The notes under the pieces are model-generated. The model was not told where the DNA came from, did no database searches, and saw only the letters and a list, made by a program, of their open reading frames with translations. The position numbers and the translations under genes are program-made. A stretch of DNA of 64,000 nucleotides from Macrostomum lignano (Eukaryota): contig NIVC01000092.1 in assembly GCA_002269645.1 (NCBI GenBank), positions 524,200 to 588,199 on the forward strand, in the 5' to 3' direction. Below, piece by piece: positions 58,630 through 64,000 of the stretch; positions within the stretch are counted from its first letter, which is position 1, and every line of letters begins with the position of its first letter.

Positions 58630-59625
58630 ATGGACTCAGTTAATGATGATGAAAACCGGTTATATTTTATAGGAGAAATTGTAGATACCTTAAATCTTGA
58701 TGATAATAAGCAAACCCACACAATGTTAAAAAGATTGGATCGATTAGGTAAAAAGTTTGACTACGACATCGATACATTTAAACTCGCAGCAAAATATGCA
58801 CAAGAAGGAAGGCCAATATCCTTTAAGAATCGCGGCAGAAATTATAGGTTGACAGACTCCGATGTGAAATTTTTAATGGAGACTCACACTAAAAAGGACG
58901 GCGGATTACTACCCATTCTACCGCTTCTTTTAGGACTTGGCGCAGCTGGAGCAGTCGGTTTAGCCGGAAAAAGAATTCATGATAATGTAAAACAGCTAGG
59001 AGAGTTAAGAGCGAAACAGGGGGGAATCTTACCCCTTGCAGCTTTGCTCCCAATAATTTTTGCAGGAATTGGAGCAGCTGGAGGAGTTGCTGGCGGAGCA
59101 GCTGGAATTGCAAAAGCAGTAAATGACAAAAAAGCTGCGGACGAAAAAGCTAAAAGAGAGGCCGAATTTCAAAGACAGCAAATAACGCAGGACGCACAAT
59201 TTAAACAAAAACTTATCGATACAATTAATAGTAGTTCAGCAACAGCCGAGCAAAAAAGAAATGCAGAAGCTAGGTTATCAGCTGGAAAAGGTTTACTCTT
59301 GCAAGGAACAAATCACGGGAATGGTTTGGTACTAAAAGGAACAACCCAAGGAAGCGGAGTTGTCGCAGATAAACTACATGAATTTGGCCAAACTTTAGAA
59401 AAAACGGGTGAGAAAGCTAAAGGATTTTTTGACAATATTGGATCCAATTTTAGACCGGCTGTTCAGAAGATTTTTACTAAGTTAGGAAAAGATTTTAATA
59501 TCATTGAAAAACACGACGGAAGCGGATTATATCTCGAAATGCGACCAAAAGCAGGTTCAGGAATTTTCTTAAATTCAAACGTTATGGGCAATGGATTGCT
59601 ATTACCAAAAGCAGATCTCGAATAG
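58630..59625 (+). CDS. Polinton/adintovirus pX-like (membrane-active/core) protein, 331 aa
   Basis: KDGG-LLPILPLLLGLGAAGAVGLAG and KQGG-ILPLAALLPIIFAGIGAAGGVAGGAAGIAKAVND resemble adenovirus pX (GGILPLLIPLIAAAIGA) and its Polinton homologs; repeated G-x-G-L-x-L motifs in the C-terminal half. Confidence 0.8.
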   Translation: MDSVNDDENRLYFIGEIVDTLNLDDNKQTHTMLKRLDRLGKKFDYDIDTFKLAAKYAQEGRPISFKNRGRNYRLTDSDVKFLMETHTKKDGGLLPILPLLLGLGAAGAVGLAGKRIHDNVKQLGELRAKQGGILPLAALLPIIFAGIGAAGGVAGGAAGIAKAVNDKKAADEKAKREAEFQRQQITQDAQFKQKLIDTINSSSATAEQKRNAEARLSAGKGLLLQGTNHGNGLVLKGTTQGSGVVADKLHEFGQTLEKTGEKAKGFFDNIGSNFRPAVQKIFTKLGKDFNIIEKHDGSGLYLEMRPKAGSGIFLNSNVMGNGLLLPKADLE

Positions 59626-59709
59626 GCTCCTGGGGGGAGGGTCTGGACACCAAAAACGCAAAATTAAAAAATCAATAATTCAAACATTATATAAATTTTA
59701 TTCTATAAA

Positions 59710-62700
59710 ATGGAAGCAATTTTAGCTCAAATCGACAACCCTGAACTTAGAGCACAATTAATAGCTCAAATCGAAGCACAACGAATTGCCGATAGGGCTG
59801 AAATAGAAGCAAGAATTAGGGCAGAAAATGAGATACGTTTAGAAAGACAATTAAATGATATTGATAACCTCCAACCACAAGGACAAAATGGAGCTGAAGT
59901 AATATATATAGATATAGATATAAATACAAATTATAAAGAATATTTTAAACAAATGAAAGATAAATTAAAGACCATATTAATCAATTATACTATAAGGCCA
60001 AATAACAAACGACAGCCAATTAAGTATAAAATAGAAGTTGAAACAGAATTTAAAAAACCAAATATTCTTAATGCAAATTCAGAAATTGAAGTAATAAATA
60101 ACTTTTCACAAGAATCATATAAAACATTATTATCAATGGGAAATTACAACAATCAATTCGATCAAATAGAAGCTGAGTTTGATGAATGGATAGATAAGAT
60201 GACAGAAAACGGATCTGGGTTTATATTTGTATCCTGTAATTCAGCAATAGTAAAGATTGCACCTATAGAAATTCTTAAAGGACGATCACATATGAAGCTC
60301 AAATTTAAATCACCTATGATTATAAATCCAGACAATAAAGATAATAAATGTTTATTATGGTGTTTATTAATTCATAAATATCACAATCAAGTAGAATCAC
60401 ACATAATAAAATATATAATTATAGACAATATGAGGATGAAATAATAATGAAAAACATATCATACCCAGTAGCAATAGATGATATATATAAGATTGAAAAA
60501 ATGAATGGTTTAAATATTAATGTGTTTACAATTGAAGAACCAAAAGATCTAGAAGAAATTTTAACCGATCGGACGGAGTCCGCGACCCAACAGGTCGATC
60601 CAGAATGGTATAAGAAAAGGTGTTATCTTGTTAAGCCAGCAACTGATATAACAGCACCAGATCAAATCGATCTTTTGTACATGCAGCGCGAAAATGAAAC
60701 ACATTATATATACATAAAAGATATTAGTTCTTTTTTAAGAGAAAATAGAAATAGATATCCACTATGTAGAAATTGTTTTACATTTAAAAAGGATGAAACA
60801 GCTCTTAAAAACCACCAACGATTTTGTTTAGATCACAAATTTACTAATGCTATAATGCCAGCATCTGAAGATGCAACCCTAAAGTTCCAACAACATTATA
60901 TGGCAGTTAAAAAACCAATAGTAATATATGCTGATTTTGAAGCAACAAATGTTCCCTTAAAAGAATCACAGACGGCATCTGATGATGGGGATCATGCAAA
61001 GCATGCGACCCTACGGGACGATCATGCAAAGCATGCGACCCTACGGGACGAATGCACAAAAAAATTGGCACAACAGTTTCCGAATAGTTATTGTATATAT
61101 GTACACTCTGTAGCTGATCATATATTTAAATCAAGGATGATTACTTACCACGGTAATGATGCAGCTAAGCACATGGCAGAATCATTAGTAAATGTATTTG
61201 AATATATTCAAAATCAATATGATAAATTATCAAAAAATATTAATATGACAAATAAGGATAGAGACAATTATAAAAATGCAACAAATTGTTTTATGTGCAA
61301 AAGATATTTAAGTAAGAAAAATAAGATACGAGAACATTGTCATCTAACGGAAAATATCGAGGGGCAGCATGTAGATCATGTAATGCAAAAGAAGGAAAAG
61401 GATGTAAGGAAATACCAGTATTTTTTCATAATGGTTCCGGATATGATTTTCATTTCTTAGTTCGAGAATTGCTTCATTTAGGAAAGGATGAATATGAAAT
61501 AAATATATTACCTAAAACATCAGAAAATTACATATCAATAACATATGGTAAGAAATACTCCCATCTAGTATTTCTAGATTCCTTGAGATTCTTATCAACA
61601 TCTTTAGCAAATGTTGTTTCATCATTAGTTCCAAAACCATGGGATTTAGAAATAGTAAAGAAAAACTTTCCAATCTTATTGAATCGTTTCAAAAAGGAAA
61701 AACTATCCGAGGAAGAACTAATGCTATTAACTCGCAAGGGCATCTATCCATATGAATATGTAACATCTGAAGAGGTATTTTCTCATACCGAATTACCGCC
61801 CATAGAAAAGTTTTATTCCACATTATCACAATCAAATATAAGTGAATCGGATTATGAACACGCTCAAAAAGTATGGAAATACTTTAATTGTAAAACATTT
61901 AAAGATTATCATAATCTATATCTTAAAGCAGATGTTCTCCTATTAGCTGATGCATTTGAAAACTTTAGGAATCATACATATGAGAATTTTAAAATTGATC
62001 CCGCATATTGTTTCAGTGCACCGGGATTAACATGGGCTTGTGGTTTGAAATACACAGATGTTAAGATTGATTTACTAACTGATCATGATATGTTGTTAAT
62101 GATTGAGAGAGGAATTCGCGGTGGATTCTCGGGTGTACTAGGAGATAGATATACTAAAGTAAATAATAAATATCTACCAAATTATAATAAAAAAGAAAAA
62201 TCATCATATGTATTATATCTAGATGCAAACAATTTATACGGTGGTTGTATGAAACAAAAATTACCAATAGCTGATTTCCAATGGGAAGATGACCCCGATT
62301 ATTACAAAAATATTCCCGAAGGAAGGGGCTGTATCGTAGAGGTGGATTTGCAATATACTCGGGAAGCAAAAGCAAAAACATATAAATATCCTTTAGCTCC
62401 AGAGCATTGTTCAGTTAATGAAGATGATTTATCACAAACACAAAAAGATTATCTTAAAGTAGATAATACAAAACATCTAGCAACAAAAAAATTAATATTA
62501 AATTTACATGATAAGAAAAACTATGTAGTGCATTATAAGCTTCTACAATTTTATGAAAAGCAGGGATTAAAAGTGTCTAAAGTACATCGAACAATATCGT
62601 TTATTGAGGAAGATTGGTTAGCTAAATATATTGACTTTAATTCAAATCAGAGACAGATGTCAAAAACAAATTTTGAGAAAGATTATTGGAAATTAATGAA

Positions 62701-63757
62701 TAATGCTTTTTATGGAAAAACGGTTGAAAATATTAGAGATAGAACCCAATTCCATTTAGAAAAGGATATTGATAAAGCAAAGAAATATTTCTCAAAACCT
62801 AACTTTAAAGACTTTATAAAATTTGATGATAACTTTATGGGTATTCATATGAGAAATAAAACAACAAAATTTCTTAAACCAATATTTATTGGAATGGTTG
62901 TTTTAGATTATGCAAAGCTGGTAATGTATGAATATATTATGATGTTATAAATAAAACATGGCCAGATAACTATCCAATATATGCAGACACCGACAGTTTG
63001 GTATTTAAGGTTGAAACAGATGATCGGACGGAGTCCGAACCAAAGGTTCGATGTCTATAAAGATATGGAAAAAATTAAGGATACATTGGACCTCCGACTA
63101 TCCGGATAACCATCCTTTAAAATCAGATCAAAATAAAAAAGTTGTACTTAAAATGAAAGATGAATTAAATAGCAAAATCATAACCGAGTTTATAGCAATA
63201 AGATCAAAATGCTATGCATTTAAGGTTTTAGGACAGGAGGAGAGGTAAAAAAAATAAAAGGGGTATCAAGAGCAGCAGTAAAAAAGATAACATTTGATGA
63301 TTATAAAAACGTACTTTTAGATTACCTTAATACAATTGAAAATTATCATGCTCCACAATATCGATTAAATTCAGATAAGCATCAGATGTTTGTCATCGAG
63401 ACAGATAAAAAAACATTAAGTCCATTTGATGATAAAAGATATTTAGATGATAAAATTAAAACATATCCATATGGTTTAAAAGAAGAGATAAAAAATATGA
63501 TAAAAGATAAAAAACAAAAAGAAGATATAATAAGTAAATATAATGAATACAAAGCGGCAATAAATAATTATTATTACGATTGTGATTGTGAATCCGAATG
63601 TGATTGTGAATATAATACATTTCTAGAATATGAAAAAGATATAGATAATTATTATTCAACATTTCCAAAAGAACTTAAAAAATTAAATAAGGAAAAAGTC
63701 TTGAATAACTGGAAGAGATTAACAGAAAAATTACTTATCGGGTCTGTAAAAAACTAA
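59710..63757 (+). pseudogene. polB: Protein-primed DNA polymerase B (pPolB), split by about 6 frameshifts
   Basis: In order: NGSGF...IINPDNKDNKCLLW, YPVAIDDIYKIEKMN, HYIYIKD plus a Zn finger, IYADFEA (ExoI), HCHLT/GKYRGAAC, FHNGSGYDFHF (ExoII), RKGIYPYEY, YLKADVLLLAD (ExoIII), YLDANNLYG (motif A), KLMNNAFYGK (motif B), IYADTDSL (motif C, about 62978), RSKCY, KGV, LSPFDDKRY and TYPYG. Confidence 0.95.
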
Positions 63758-63800
63758 AGCATGTAATTGTTTGAGCAAATCATTAACTTCATTTCATATA

Positions 63801-64000
63801 TTATTGAGCACCAATTATCCTCACAGTCGCAGGGTAACTTAAACAATCCTTTATTTTTTTCCTAAGTTTTTTTATTTTTCTAACCAATCTATCTATTTCA
63901 ATTTCAATTACTATTTCAGCATAAACAATATCTTGTCTTAAAAAACGTTTTCTTTTATCTATCTCATATCGGATGGGAAACATATCGTCCCCATACTCAT
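63801..64000 (-). CDS. 3' end of a convergent Polinton ORF of unknown function
   Basis: Open frame from the right edge (EYGDDMFPIRYEIDKR...IIGAQ*) ending 44 bp from the pPolB stop codon. Confidence 0.45.
   Translation of the reverse strand, partial: EYGDDMFPIRYEIDKRKRFLRQDIVYAEIVIEIEIDRLVRKIKKLRKKIKDCLSYPATVRIIGAQ

Larger units (their letters stand above)
57539..64000 (+). mobile_element. Polinton/Maverick (adintovirus-like) element, left part
   Basis: Abrupt switch to AT-rich, intronless, densely packed ORFs; AGTAGT terminus at 57539; protein-primed DNA polymerase B; adenovirus pX-like GGxLP ORF. Continues past the right edge; integrase, capsid, ATPase and protease genes are not visible in this window. 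Confidence 0.9.

Noticed and set aside
60378-60444. Programmed -1 ribosomal frameshift between the first two pPolB ORFs
   Set aside because: No X XXY YYZ slippery heptamer with a downstream structure was seen, and five further frameshifts make error or decay the simpler explanation.

Overview
Eukaryotic (invertebrate animal) genomic DNA, not prokaryotic. GC-rich spliced exons are separated by introns that are almost all inflated by private mini- or microsatellites. That style is reminiscent of the flatworm Macrostomum, but this is an inference only. I assembled five conserved genes exon by exon with phase-consistent GT-AG junctions: the 5' end of a TMEM214-like gene (minus strand, running off the left edge), then alpha-catenin, NHE8/SLC9A8, DDX18/HAS1 and NAA25 in tandem on the plus strand. 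The 14-kb gap between TMEM214 and alpha-catenin is a CpG-depleted transposon graveyard holding a mariner relic, two TSD-flanked MITEs and a decayed Gypsy LTR element. Two tRNA-derived SINEs lie further right. From about 57.5 kb to the right edge is an AT-rich Polinton/Maverick (adintovirus-like) element with AGTAGT termini, pX-like structural ORFs and a frameshifted protein-primed DNA polymerase B. The two most striking observations are (1) a family of 28-30 nt GAT(C)-flanked double-mini-hairpin inserts with covarying stems at three sites inside the pPolB gene, and (2) a DDX18 intron minisatellite that is an amplified copy of its own 3' splice site plus the first exon bases, giving 16 decoy acceptors. 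Coordinates and counts were read by eye; no searches were run.
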